Part shown: piece by piece, positions 1 through 13,250 of the stretch
Layout: each line of letters starts with the position of its first letter
Numbering within the stretch: the stretch's first letter is position 1
Assembly (NCBI RefSeq): GCF_018977255.1
Contig: NW_024704742.1
Location: 105,712,001 to 105,776,000, forward strand
DNA length: 64,000 nt
DNA from: Callorhinchus milii
Lineage: Eukaryota
Direction of reading: 5' to 3'
Made by a program: the position numbers and the translations under genes
Notes under the pieces: model-generated
The model's input: only the letters and a program-made list of their open reading frames with translations
What the model was told of the DNA's origin: nothing
Databases searched by the model: none

Positions 1-135
1 TTCCCTTCCCTTGCCTTGCCTTGCCTTCCCTTCCCTTGCCTTGCCTTGCCTTGCCTTCCCTTCCCTTGCCTTGCCTTCCCTTCCCTTCCCTTCCCTTGCC
101 TTGCCTTGCCTTGCCTTGCCTTGCCTTCCCTTGCC
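1..135. repeat. Pentanucleotide microsatellite (CCTTG/CCTTC)n, truncated by the window edge
   Basis: Continuous ttccc/ttgcc units. Explains the LPCLA-type ORFs at 11 and 21. Confidence 0.97.
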
Positions 136-170
136 CAGGCGGGGAGCCCTTCACACGGGTAGAGGACACA

Positions 171-192
171 TCAGATCAGATCAGATCAGATC
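171..192. repeat. (TCAGA)4 microsatellite
   Basis: tcagatcagatcagatcagatc. Confidence 0.9.
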
Positions 193-3100
193 TCTGTGCA
201 AATAATAATAATCCTTCCTGCAAATACTTGCTTATAATCATACAGACAGAGCCCAGGAGCCTGGATACAGAAGTTGGCTTTGCTTTTGATGTGACTGGAC
301 AGAGCTGACTGAGCACTTGGTGCTTCAATCCTAAATCCGTGTGTTAAGTTTATTCCTCCCAACTTTTGATGCCGACACACTTTTCTCCCCAGTTTTTCTC
401 TCCCCCACTTGTCCCCCACCCCATCCCCTCACACACACCCTTTCAGCCTTCCTTTCTTTCCTCCTTTCATCGATTTGCAGCAGATGTGAAAGTTTTCAAT
501 TACCAAAGTAAACCACCGAAATGCGCATCGATTTGGCAAAATAATTGCTAAAACAATTCGCGGATTAAAAGGAAAAGAAAGAAAGAAAAAGTTTGATTTG
601 GTGTGTTTTGTCCACCCCCCCTCACCACCCCCCAGGGTTAAATGAGGTTGTTTCATGAAAAAACGACATCAGAACCCCCTGAGGAAGTCTGCTGGACTGG
701 AATGCCATTAAAACAACTGACCATTAATTGTCATTATTCATCTGATAACTAGTTTTTTTGTTGCTGCTGTTGGGAGTTTTTTCTGATTCAATGTGAATGC
801 CGGTGAAAGGATTCAGAAGCCTCCTAAATTTCCCATTGCAGATTTGCTCTGCATGTCCACAGCAATATTTTTTTAACAGAATAGCCTTAATTGAAGATAA
901 AAAGTTTTCTGTCAGAAGGCACCATTTTATTGGAATTTTTTTAGAAAATATATCAATTTTAAAACTGAAGTGAACGATTGCTCCTCATAGTAGGTCATTT
1001 TCTTTATAAAGATTGGAGTATTTCTGTGTATTATTGTCTCAGTTTATAAAGAGGTCTGAGCCACATACTAGCCATCAAAGAGTTGTTTATTCCTTCTTCT
1101 CTAAATAGTTCTAGTTTGTAATTTAAACCTACAATTAGTGGCTTGGATTTGCTTGGATCGACTGAACCTCCCATTGGTCTTCACTATTTCTGTGTCTGTC
1201 GCTGTTTGTATCTTTCTCTGTGTGTTTGTTTGTCTGACATTATCTCCCTCCATCTTCCTGCGATGTCTAATCCCACTCTTGTGTGTCCTCTCACTCTTGA
1301 GTCGCACTGTCTGTGTCTGTATATCTCTCGAACACAAAGTCCTAGTTTGGACTGAGATTCACAAAGTGATTTGGGTCACAGGGCATGTCTTTTTATGCCA
1401 TGTATTACACTGTCAGACAGAAACCTTTCTTCGAGTTTTCAATTTGGGATATTGGGAGATTTTCTCACCCTTGTTGATATGATTGACGACACTGTGTCTC
1501 CTTTGTGGGTCCAAATATGATGAATTGGAAATAAAAGCAAAGTCAAAGCCAGCGAACATATATATTTTTGCGCTTATCACAGCAAATTGATGTGCTCCTA
1601 GGTTTTAGCAAACGGATTTATCAAATAAAATGACACCAACAGTGATCGGCATTTTGCTATTTTCCATGAGTTAGAAGTGCCTTATTTCATTGCAAGTTAA
1701 TTGTGCAAAGGAACCATGTGGGACGCTGTTTATATAGAATAAATTCTTTGTGGTTTTCCATTGTCCTGGTAGATTGTGAGGCATAAAACTGGCGCTACCA
1801 CGGAATTGTTTTCCATTTTGTTCTCCGTAGCATGACAGTCATGGTAAAGTGTTAGAGCAGAGCAGAGCGGTTAAAGACAGTTTCAGACGGCCAGATGTTC
1901 ATGAGGTTTGCTGGGGTAATGCATTAGTTTCAATCTCTCCTCCCCAGAAAATCGTTTAAATCTCTAATCGTAACGTAACAGTACTGAATAAGTCCGTCAG
2001 GAAATGGCACATTATGTTTACTGAGGGAAGCTGTTCAGAATCTGTCTAAAATGCCCCTTCGTTAGGGGGGGAAGAAAGAAATATGGCGCCTGAATGAACA
2101 TACAGCCAGTAAAATGTATGTCACGAATCTCAAGTACAGTACTCTCCTCGTGGCTGTGGGGATGCATTTTGGTGCATTCTGCCGTTTCCCTCCATGCTCT
2201 CTAGCATGCACTCAGTGGCACGGTGTCTGTACGGTATCGGCTTCTTTGTACCGGCTGGAAATCCTCCGATTTCTTCTAGTTGAGTCTGATGGCGGTGAAT
2301 AGAAAAACATTGCCTTTTGTGAACTATAAACTTAGCTTTGCGGGGAGAAATGGCAGGATTAGCAGCCATTAGACATGCAATGCAATATCGGCGCATCCCG
2401 CTAATTTTCAAAACAATTGTACTGCCAGAGAGAGAGAAAAAAATAAATTTTGACCTGAGACAGACTGTGGTTGAAATAACACTGACCGAAATTCAAAAGC
2501 CCTTGAAAGATGAAGAAGATGAAGACTTCTTCAGCTTTACGGCCATTTATTTATTTTTATTCTGTGCAGTATTTTTCGACCCCGCGACCATAACATTTTG
2601 TCCCCTTTTGCGTAATGCTCATGTCTCATGTGTGTATTTCTGCAGCAGAGTCTCTTAGAAGATATCAATCGAAAAAGTATCATATTGATTTAACAAAGTC
2701 GATAGGCACACAGAAAGTACATGATGCAGTGCTGGTGGGTGAAATCAGTGTGTGCCTGAAGGGTTAATGCTGATTATTAACTGTCAGCGGGGGTTGGTAT
2801 TTTACTTGCAGGGAATGCTGGAGTTTCGTGTTTACTTTCCCTGAGAGCTTATAAGGCAAGGAAAACTGCTTTTGCTCATAAACGACTCTTGCTTTTGATT
2901 GTAAAATTCAAAAGAAAAGGGTTTTGCAGTTCATTATATTGTGCTTAGCAAAAGTTAATAGTATTACTGTATTCAGTGACTGTTCCAGCAGGAATCCCAG
3001 CTCTTTCATCGAGCCCCTTTGTGTGAGCTCCAGCATCCAGAGAGAAACCAGGACTGAGTAAAGCATTTCACAGGCTACTGGCTCCACAGGGAAGATTCTG

Positions 3101-3361
3101 ACAGTCAACTTGTTAGAGGTTAATTACCCTTCCAAACACCCCCTCCCCCATCAAAAAAAGGGGAAAAATTCTTCCCATTCAAAATTGCAAATACCTTAAT
3201 GAAGGGATTGCATTCTGACCCACCCACATGCTATGTTTCCTGTTGGTGAGGTACAGCTAAAGATGAGTCTCCTCTTATCTTGTTGCTATGGATCTGGTAA
3301 TCTAACAATACCATGCTGTGCAGAGAAAATGAATGAATGCAATTAGTCCCTTCATGAGTCC

Positions 3362-3426
3362 CAAGCTTACTGTGTTAAGAGATGTGTTTGTGTGCGTGTG
3401 TGTGTGAGAGAGGGGGAGAGAGAAGA
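3362..3426 (+). repeat. Direct repeat, copy 1 of 2 (copy 2 at 5214-5280)
   Basis: 33 identical bases, caagcttactgtgttaagagatgtgtttgtgtg, followed by similar (TG)n(GA)n tracts. Confidence 0.92.
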
Positions 3427-5213
3427 AAAGCAACAGAAAGATAGAGAACATTGTTAAGAAAGAGAACCAACATACACACACGTTAAAATTGAAAATGTTA
3501 AACCAAATATTTCATGAAATAGAAGTTAGGGTTTTGACTTAAAAATGAACAAAAAAACACGCACAATGAGTGCTGGGTTCTGTTAATTAATTGAGCGTGA
3601 AATACATGAGTACAGTGCTTGTCAAATTTAGTACAATCAAATTGTTGGTAGAATTTATTGCAAAGAAATAAATAGGTATCTCTATAAGCTGCGATCTGAT
3701 ATCCGCTCAGTTTTGTTAAATTCACACATCGCATTGCAGTTCCTAAGCTCGTAAATGTGGCAACCATTGTACAATGATAGCGAAATCTTTAGCAATTTGC
3801 CTCCGTACATTATGTGAAATCGGAAGGAACAATGGACAAGGTTTGTGATACTGAAACGGATCGCCTCCTTGGCTTGTCTTAAGTTTTCTGCAGCGAGATA
3901 GAGTTCAGCTTTCACTAGGGTGAAAAACGAAATTTTAAAGTGTCCGCTTATCAATAAGAAGGTGAGATTTAGGGAACAAAACCTCCTCTGCCGCGGTGCC
4001 CTAGCTCCTCTGCGCATGTGCTGTGTCTGCTGCACTCCAATCGTGCCAGTGTTCCTGCCATGTCGTGAATGAATTTTTCGATCTCTGCAGCGAGATTTCC
4101 GCACCACATCCTTTAAGAGATATGCCATTGCTCGCTTGCTGAGTCGAGAATACTGGAGTTTGAAAACTGCCAGGACAAAGCGCTCAAAATTTACTTGTCT
4201 TGGAGTTTTCTGAAAAGAAAGTATTTGAAGTACTAGGATGTGGATGAACCTTTTAGTTTCTGAATCCAAACTATTTGCTTTGCTTTTTTTTCACACACTA
4301 TTTCTTCATTGCTTCTTAAGGAACCTCTTATTTTACCATTAACCCATCTAAGCAGGATGAGATGCAATGTAGACCAGAAATAAAAGAAGGAAAGCAACAT
4401 TCATTGCAACTCATCAGCAAGTTGCATCTAGAAAGAAAATAAATTGAGACACTAGAGGGAGAGAAAAATCCCTCCTGTAACAGCTTTGTAGACTACAGTT
4501 ATTCGCACAGTTGGTTCCAGTAATCCCAGGCTACTTTCTGAAGCTTCGGATGCTCACACATCCAGCTGTAAGATCACCCAACTAAATACTGGAATCGAAT
4601 TAGAACCAAGACACCTCGACCAAGAGGGAATGTGGCCTGGTGCAACTGTCCAGTCCCAGACTCCAGTTTTCCAGGAGATTGTAAGAGGCAGCGGTTGCTT
4701 GGCACCCATCATGACATGTCGGCGTTGGCTTTTAGAGCTATGTAGTAATTAAATACTTGTCAGTGGAGTATTTTCCATAATGCTTAAAACAGAAAAGACA
4801 AGGGTCCTGCATTGAGCAATGACTGTCAGGGGAACAATGAAAACTAATTACACACATGGCTGTCACTATTGTTAACCTTGTCATTTGGGGGAAAAAACAT
4901 GACAAAGTATGTGTTTTACTGGTGACTGTTTATGACAAGGAAGTTGGCTTTGAAGGAAGTGTGACTTCTTGTATTTTTCAGCTCTCCCCTGCACCCCCCC
5001 ACACACACATCATCTTTTCCGTTCCCTGGAGTTCACTAAAAAGCCCTGCAAATCACATGAAAGCTGAATTCAAGGAGTTCATTAGCTCAGGAAAAATCCG
5101 TTCTGCATAGAAAAGGGCCTGCTTGCAAGTCGGAAAAGTAAATAGCATAATAATTAAATACCTTCAACACTGACCCGCTCGTTGGTTAATAAAAGTGAAC
5201 ACAGAAAACATCT

Positions 5214-5280
5214 CAAGCTTACTGTGTTAAGAGATGTGTTTGTGTGTATGTATGTGTGAGAGAGAGAGATAGAGAGAAGA
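5214..5280 (+). repeat. Direct repeat, copy 2 of 2
   Basis: Same 33-mer as 3362-3394, 1852 bp downstream. Confidence 0.92.
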
Positions 5281-5909
5281 GGGAGAGAGAAGATTGCTAC
5301 ATCTGTAGAGAGCATACAGAAAATATTCTAATAATGACCGCACATCTGTAAATAAAATAAAGAATGCATCCTAATACTGATCCCACACAGCTGAATCTCG
5401 TATAGAGAATGTATACTAATAATGATCCCCAAATCTGCAAATAGAATGCAAAATAGTATCCAGCACATCATTAGGGAATGCAGAAATGAACCACTGTATG
5501 AACTAAAAACCTCAAACAGCACACGGGCATTTCTTGATCTGACAGTGACCCGCATTTACAGTCGATCAGAGGGTTCCTGTCACTCGAGTTAGTTTAAGGA
5601 AAAAATATATTGTATTGCAATTAAGAATTAGGATATTCACTACTAGTAAGTTCGGTGCGGGGGAAGGGGAATGGTGTTTAAAAGTCAGTAAAATTAGTGA
5701 CCCTGGTGAAGTGCTCATCTCCGAGGTTCTGTGAATACAAATAGCCCAAACGGTTTATTTTTTTATAGATTTGCAACATAAGGACGTGAGAAAAGTCAAG
5801 GATGAGCAAAGACTACTGAAGCTCACCCTTCTGAAACTCTAGTTTAACCAATATGGATATATCGGTTTGTTTACAATTGCAATTGCTGCATAAAATTTAA
5901 ACGCTTTAA

Positions 5910-6170
5910 CATCCGTTCGGTCCATAGTGCATGGGTCAGTTCTCTGAAAGAGCTAACTGTTTATTCCCATTCCTGTGCCTTTGCCCCATACCTTTTTATA
6001 GAGTATATTATTTTTCAATTATTTCTTCAATTCCCTTTTAAAAACTATTATAGATTATGCTTCAACTGCTGTTTTTGGTAGAGCATTTCACATCCTAATA
6101 ACCCTCTGTAAAACAAATTTCTAACCTTTCCCTTTATTATTTTGGTGACGATGATAAAATTTATGCTCTA
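5910..6170 (-). mobile_element. CR1 LINE 3' fragment (end of ORF2 plus 3' UTR), decayed
   Basis: tgcttcaactgctgtttttggtagagcatttcacatcctaataaccctctgt is the antisense of the CR1 ORF2 C-terminus. Similar to 54971-55200 and 60503-61007. Confidence 0.8.
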
Positions 6171-7272
6171 AGCAATTATTGCAAAACGCTTGGCGACATT
6201 TTGAAGTGCTAAGATACTATGTCAAATGCAAGGATGATGATTGCTATTATTATGTTGAACATCAGAATATTCATGTCACTATTATCCTATCTGGCGGATA
6301 AGGATATAATGAGTTTGCAATGACCAGTCACAGAGATGTGGTACAGAGTTTGCTACCCTCCCCACGTTTGTGAGCAGTTTTTTGAGATTTTTCTTCTTCT
6401 TAACTCTTGCATTTCCACTTTGATGCAAACAAGTGCATCCTGATAACTTGCCCAGAGCATTACAATAAGGGTGCTATGTGTCTGAAGGAGAATGGGATTG
6501 CAGAGGCTCAGCAGCTTAGCTTCACATCTCCACAGGTCAGGTCCCAGAGGAGACTGGAGGGCTTCCTTTTGATGACACAAGGGAAAGACAAAGAAGAAAA
6601 TAGCACAGTCAGTTGTGAGGGGGAAGGGGGGAAGGTGCGGTAGAGAAAGGACAATTTAAAACATTATTTAAAATTGAAATGAAGCAAACAATCCGAGAGG
6701 ACTGGTTTAATTATAGTTTGCCCAAGAGAACCGGGGAAGGTGATTCTTTTAATTTAATTTTATTTGCGTGAAAGAAGAATGCTGGTGCAAGCTGCTGGGG
6801 AATGTAGCCTCCCCCTGTGCTGTTCAGTCACTGTGTTAACAGTGAAGTCATGGGGCAGTTACACAGACTGACCTTTGAGGTGTGTTCGTGTTCAGATCTG
6901 GCTTGAGGCAACTCTTTTACTGCATGATTGGTATCTGAACGGATGCTACTGAAAGCAATGGCAAAGGCTTGAGAGTCTGTAAGGGTGAGGCAGTGGCGAC
7001 CCCCACCCGTACTGTTTAGAATTGGCTTTCGGTCAGCTTGTATCAAATTATTTGCTGTACGGTACGTGTGATATGTGTAACTTTTCTTATTTCCCTACAA
7101 CTACTTTAAGTATGAGGGAACGGCTGGGTCGGGGCTCCAGCCAGGATTGACACAGCTCCTGAGCATCTTCCTAACCCACTCCTCAGTCAGCAGAATGGTG
7201 CATTGCAGAAGCATTTGCGTTGTCTCACGCAATAAAATCAATGCACTTTGCAGCCCCCTTGCATGTTATCTT

Positions 7273-7446
7273 GACTGTTTGTAGGACACTGCTGTGTGCA
7301 ATTCGCTGCCTAGTTTCGCCCACAAAATGTAAAGTTATTTCACTTGACAGTATATTCTGTGAAGCACTTTGATGTGTCCCAACGACGTGATAAGGCTCTA
7401 TATCAAATGCAAGGATTACATGCAAGGAATGCAAGGATTAATTATT
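7273..7446 (+). mobile_element. 5'-truncated copy of the young SINE (SINE2-1_CM-like)
   Basis: Matches the 3' half of the full copies. The tail motif tgcaagga is repeated three times. Confidence 0.9.
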
Positions 7447-8019
7447 GTCCGTTTTGAGAACATTAAAAGCAACTGATCCTCCCCCCAACTTATTGGATAA
7501 CATCAGGATCCATACTATAGCTCATCATTCCAGAGTAAAGGACTCTTGAACAATTGTAGTGTATTGTACAGTGTTTTGCAAACTATGCCTGACTTTGTTT
7601 ACGCTGATGACCTGACCAGCAAACACTTGTGAAGCCAAACCGTTCAATAGAGACTGGTGGAGCTCGTGCAGTTCAGAACTGCACTGTTACTCAAGATTGC
7701 CTCAAAAAGCCTGTTTTCTTGTTGTCTGTTTTTGACTTTCATAATTCTTCGAATCCAGAGTGTTGCAGTTCCTAATGGTCTTCATCTTCTGACCACATGA
7801 CCTATAATTTAATATCGGGCAGAGTTTCAGAAATGCTTTAAATTCTGTCTTAATGTGGAAAGCATGCATCGCGTGATACGGGCACAAGGGTGGGGTTTAA
7901 CATGGGATTTAACTCCAAGCTTATTATTAGCACAAGAAATGAGCTGCGTTCTGTTTTAAAAATGTATTCCATGGCAGTCTTAATGGTCAGGGTATTGGTG
8001 ACTGATCTGTTGCACAGTT

Positions 8020-8071
8020 GGGAGGGTGGGGAGGGTGGAGGGAAGTGTGGGGGGTGGGGGGGTAGGGTAGG
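8020..8071 (+). other. Potential G-quadruplex
   Basis: At least seven runs of three or more G with short loops. Confidence 0.6.
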
Positions 8072-8654
8072 TTGGATGAAGGTCATGCGCTGGCTCACGT
8101 TGAACATCAGATGGCAAGTCACTGCAATGCACCACACCGCTAACTCGCATGAGTGGGTTAGCTAGATTCTTATGAAATGTGTTGTCTGCACCCTTAATGC
8201 ACAATGTTCTTACGTGTGTGTGGGGGGGAGGGGGGGTGTTAGAGGGAAACTAAGTTAAAGAGAGAGGGGAAATGTTAAGCTAAAAAGTACGAAGGGGAAA
8301 AGGTTATTTCTCTAAAAAGGAATTTGCTGTACAAGGGTCCAAGTGCAGTAGGACCACAGGATCTTACAAGTTTCAACTTGCTGTTCATATTCATCTATCT
8401 GTATCACAGCAGTTGGAGTACATTGCAGGCAGTTTGCTCAGTTGGGTTGGAAGCACAACAAATTTGCATTCGTCCAGCACAGTTTAAATGCGCAAAAGTC
8501 AACATCCTCCTGTGTGTTTGACAGTCGATTTTCTGGAAACAGACGTGGTCTGAAGTGATCACCGTAATCTCTGGGTAGGAACCAGACCCCACCATCGCGG
8601 CTGCCCTTTAAGCCATAGATGTTACATGTCCCTGATATTAATGCCGAAAAAAAT

Positions 8655-8770
8655 ATTATTAATAATAAAAATACTTACATTTGATGTAGCGCCTGATCAC
8701 GTCATTGTGACCACTCAAAGCGCTTCACAAGATATACTGTAAAGTGGATTGACTATGTATTTTGGGGGTG
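8655..8770 (-). mobile_element. SINE 3' tail fragment
   Basis: Antisense of tgtgaagcgctttgag...ggcgctacatcaaatgtaag plus an AT-rich tail. Confidence 0.8.
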
Positions 8771-10581
8771 AAAAGTCTGAATTGAGAGCAAGCTAAGAGA
8801 AGAAAAGGCAATACTAACACCATCCAAACATTTGAGCTCCAAGTCAGTGGAAAAGTAGCCTCTTGGGGAGTGATTCCTCCACTTGTCGGTAAATTTACCC
8901 ATTATAAGCTCATGCTGCCAAGGTTGGTACATTTACTGACAAGCTGAGACTCTGTCTTGAAGTAAGTCTCTGGGCAAACAGTGGGAAAATGCTGAAGTCT
9001 ACAATACAAGGAGCCGATCAGTAGCGGATATTAGTGCTTAATTCTTGAGAAGATCCGACTCATGAATTCAGCAGTCAGTCAGGAGGACGTGCAGTTACTT
9101 TGCCTCCTCTTAAAGCTACCTAAACGCTCGGTGCCGCTGACAGGTCCTGACCACCTGCTTTACTGCCCGACAGATGAATGTTTCACACTGGCGGAAATCA
9201 AACACAGTAATTACTCTTGACAAATTAACACATAATCAGGGTTCTGGAAATCATTTCAAGACTTTCCCAAGAAATCTCTATGATAGCACGATGTCGGCAC
9301 AGCATTCCCACTGTTCTTTCAGCTGTGTTAGTTGCGCCCTTCCAGAAGAAGTCCCCGCAGATTGCACCCTCCGAGCAAGGCTCTGCCGGCTTACCTCACG
9401 TGGGGTCTTGCAGTAAAGGTTTCCGAAGTCATTTGAAAAATGGAACAGAATAAGACATTTAATGACCGCGGCAGTTAAAATGTTTTCTTTTAGTGTAAAA
9501 CTGCCCGCTTGCAGCTGGATTTCATGCAGGCTTTGCCTCTCGCAGTTAGCTGACTGTAATATAATAATTTGTTATAACAGCTGACATTACAATCAAGGAG
9601 ATTTCTCCAGTTGAAGGGGAAATTGCTTTAGTTTATATGGTAGTGTCACATGCATGAGCACTTCCTGACAGGTCAGAGAATGGAGTTAGTATATTTCTGT
9701 TGGGACTTTTCTTCCTTTCCTTTCGAACGGGCGGTTCAATTTCCAGCACCCGCCTCCACAAGCGGGGAAGCACAGCGGTGTTTCATCACCCTGGTTTCTG
9801 AAGTTGTTTTTCTTTCACGTCCAATGCATTTTAACAGGGTTTTTACTTGGTTTTAATGCTGTTTACCCCCATATTCATGGAGGCCAGACCCTTCGTGGCT
9901 CCCTGCTGCTGAGTTCCACTTGGAAGAGCTATAAAGCAGAGGCATCAAACTCCAGTAAATATTGACTGGGACTTGGAGCCTGGTCACTCGGCAAGCAGGA
10001 GCCATCTGATGAAAAGAGGCAGCTTGTGTTCCGCCTTTGGTCAGCCTTCCATAACTCACAGCAAAGCATCTGTGTTTTGAGAAGTGAGACGGGAGAAAGA
10101 CAAGGAAAGAGGGGAGTTAAATAAGCAAGACATTGGAATTTGTAAACTTTGAATGTGGAGGAAAGTCACTGTGGGCACCGGCATATGGCGACTTATAGAA
10201 ACTTGCCGGAGCAAAGTGAAAAACATTGTCTGCCCATCACGGAGAGGCTGAATTTATCGATGGATGGAGCTAATTGATTCACTTACCATTTTGCCCTCTG
10301 TGCGTGTGTGTCATTGGGCAGGGTTTACACATGCAGCCCATTCAGCCAAGACGGAAAGGTCCAGCTTGGTTTAACCCATTCTATAACTTAAAGGTCTCAA
10401 AATTATTGAAGCAAACAAAGCGCGAGTTTGATTCTGGAATGTTTGTGCAAAACATCTGTCGCTTGTGTTCACACCCGAGTCCCGAACGGTCTTAGAATTA
10501 GTGATATGAGGCTGAAATTGCCATTGTGTGCACCGTAGCTTTTATTCTTACTGTAAGTGGAGTTTGGAGGTGAACCTCTTA

Positions 10582-10595
10582 CCTCTAGATGGCAG
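10582..10595 (+). promoter_or_regulatory. Candidate CTCF core motif
   Basis: CCTCTAGATGGCAG resembles the CTCF core. Motif match only. Confidence 0.35.
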
Positions 10596-11645
10596 ATTTA
10601 AGCCAGCTGCAAAGCAAAGGATGCCCTGCAGCATGTCATTGCAAAGGGGTGACTGCTGATTCCAGGGTCAGAGCAGAGCAATGCCCTCAGTAGGACATCC
10701 GCTAACGTAACACTGCGGGCCTGGCGCTCTTTACACTGCATTGCTGCAGAGAACCCCCGCGCACAGACGAGCAACAAGGTAGCTGCTTCGCTCTATGCAA
10801 TACTGAGGGTGCGTGTAACGCACAGGGTCCTGCACTGAAGAATCAGTACAGTGAACACTGCAAACAATGACAGTCTGGGCCAGCGCAGACATTTTACAAG
10901 AAGTATTGTGTGGGATTGGAAAGGTTTAGGCAGGCTTAGTGAGCCGCCTGTTTTCCATGTGGACTCGTTTCCTGAAGAACTATATGCCTGTTTTCAGCTG
11001 TCAGAATGTGCACCTGCTCACTTTCATATCCCATCTGCAAAACTCGTTTTCTGCAAATCTTTATGCTTAGAAAGTGGAACCTGAGAAGTGGCCAGATCCA
11101 AGGTGCACGGCACGATTCACGACAATCTGGCAATAAAACAAAGTAACTGAGAGGGGTCTACTTATTCTGTGATTAGCGGAGGGGGGAACGGGGTGTTGGG
11201 GTGATGAGCTGCTACAGCCCAACGGGATTTAACACACCTCGGACACTGTATGCATCTCTCTGCCAATGTACGTGGGCAGGATGTTGCAGCCTCTAGCACC
11301 CCGTGGCGAAAAGAGGTTCTGCAAATTGGCTTGGTGCGGCTGTGCAGTGCTGATGTGTGTACATCCGGGGTCCAATGTATCCCCACCACTGTGTTCGCTC
11401 TTTGATGCTGGGGAACAGTGCACTCAAAGCCCAACAGTTGGACTGGCCTCAAATCCCCTACAGCCACTACCCCTCCCATCTCTCTCTTCACAGCCAGCTG
11501 TTTTTCTATCAGCTTCCATTAAAACAGCGCAGGAAATACTGCAGTGCTATCTAACGTGATTCAGTAATAAGCAATAAGCACTCGTGTGACCTCTGCTCTG
11601 ACATGCTGTGTGTTCAGAGTGAAATCTTTGCGAGTCGGTCTGATA

Positions 11646-11996
11646 TAGCGCAGCCGCCTCGCAAGCGAGAGACCTGGTTTTGATTCCCGGGCAGGTCAAG
11701 GTGAAATCTTAGGCAAGTTTCCTTACTCCACACACCTCTGTTTACCTAACAGTACGTAGGAACCTGGTTGTTAGTTGATTGGCAGAACACTTTCCCTGCG
11801 TAATAACTCCTTCAAAAAATAATAATAAATTGGTCACTAACCAAGACTGTTTATGGACACTGCTGTGCATAATTGGCTACCGTGTTTCGCCCACAAAATC
11901 TACAGTCAATTTACACTTTACAGTATATTCTGTGAAGCGCTTTGAGATGCCTCGAAGATGTGATAAGACGCTATATCAAATACAAGGATTATTATT
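11646..11996 (+). mobile_element. Young tRNA-derived SINE, long variant (SINE2-1_CM-like)
   Basis: tRNA-like head with a B-box remnant (ggttttgattcc), ctctgtttacctaacagtacgtaggaacc central block, L2-type tail and (ATT)n. Confidence 0.93.
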
Positions 11997-12137
11997 AGTT
12001 AGTTTCAGTGAAGGAGTCCCCACCCAGATTTCTCAATTAAGGGATCCTGATTCCTGTTTGAAATACAATACAATTTACACTTATATGACCACGTTCACAT
12101 CGGGAGGACTTCTCAAAGCACTTGACACTAAATCACC

Positions 12138-12253
12138 ATTCTCCCACAAAATACACAGTCACAACACTTTACAGTATATCCTGTGAAACGCTTTGAGGCG
12201 TTTTGATGACGTAATAAGGAGCTATAACAAATGCAAGGCTTAATATTATAATA
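12138..12253 (+). mobile_element. SINE 3' tail fragment
   Basis: cccacaaaatacacagtc...tgtgaaacgctttgag...aaatgcaagg. Confidence 0.85.
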
Positions 12254-12254
12254 A

Positions 12255-13130
12255 CCAGGAAAGCCTGCGAAGATTAAAGGACTTTGACTGTCCGAAGCTC
12301 ATCCTCTGATACATTAACAACCTCACCATGTGGACACCGCAACTCCCCACAGTATTAAATCCACTTTTTCACAGTCTGTACTTTTTTCATTTGAAGCTGA
12401 TGGTGAGCAAATCTTCAACTGAACATTAACAGCACCTCACTAACAAAGTCCAAAATATACCGGTCTATTGACTGCCCTTATCAGCGAGTTTCTCCTGTAA
12501 TTGTATTATAAATGACCCAATGTTCTTGCCTTTACTATTTTGCTTGATAACTTATTCCCAACGTTTATCACTCTGATAAAGATTTTCTGTGATATTTGTA
12601 CAACTCATTCAAATTGTGCTTGCCGTGCCTACTTTCTTTGTTTACTTTGAAACAAGAGTCTGGTTGTAATGCAGCCTGTGACTTTCCTCGATGAAGTTAT
12701 CCCCTTAACCATTTTCTTTCCAGAGTGTAAAGCTTAAGTGTTTCTAATTTCACTTAAAGGCTAATCCATTCCCATCCTCTTTACACTCGATGGCGGTCAG
12801 GCTGATCTTTTCTAATGGAAGTATATTGTTTCTGTGGAGTGGTGACCAAAGTGAGCAAACCTTACCAGGGTGCAGTCTGACCTGTGCTTTCTAAACCACA
12901 ACATAACTCTTGTTGTGTTATGTTCTACTGAGTTGGCCATATACTCTAGCGTTCCATTAACTTTTTTAATTGCTTCATCACAATAGGTTTTGTGACAGTT
13001 TATCCAGGCATTATTTACCCCATTGTCCAATCATTGAAAGTGACGTGTCTATCAGTACTCCCACTTCCCTTTCTAAGATTCCCTACTCTAATTCTGTTCA
13101 ATTCAATAGGTGTGTATGCCCTACAATTTT
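12255..13130 (-). mobile_element. CR1 LINE fragment, about 0.9 kb, heavily decayed
   Basis: Minus-strand peptide CDEAIKKVNGTLEYMANSVEHNTTRVML resembles the CR1 ORF2 post-RT region (C..AVKKANRMLGYIARS.EYKS.EVML). Boundaries approximate. Confidence 0.75.
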
Positions 13131-13147
13131 TTTCTGCTGAGGCGGAA

Positions 13148-13250
13148 ATTATAATAATAATACTTGCATTTAACAAAGCATCTTATCACGTTGTCAAAAT
13201 GTCACAAAGCTTCACAGGATTGAGTGCAGTGATTTTGTAGGCGAACGGGG
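13148..13250 (-). mobile_element. SINE 3' tail fragment
   Basis: (AAT)n cttgcattt...ttatcacgttgtc...cttcacagga. Confidence 0.75.

Noticed and set aside
11..308. Leu/Pro/Cys-rich ORFs
   Set aside because: Translations of the pentanucleotide microsatellite.
3682..4269. Longest ORF in the window (195 aa, minus strand)
   Set aside because: Non-ATG start, no recognisable domain, and no evident splice context.
4397..4408. miR-181b-like aacattcattgc
   Set aside because: Only 12 nt match and there is no supporting hairpin.
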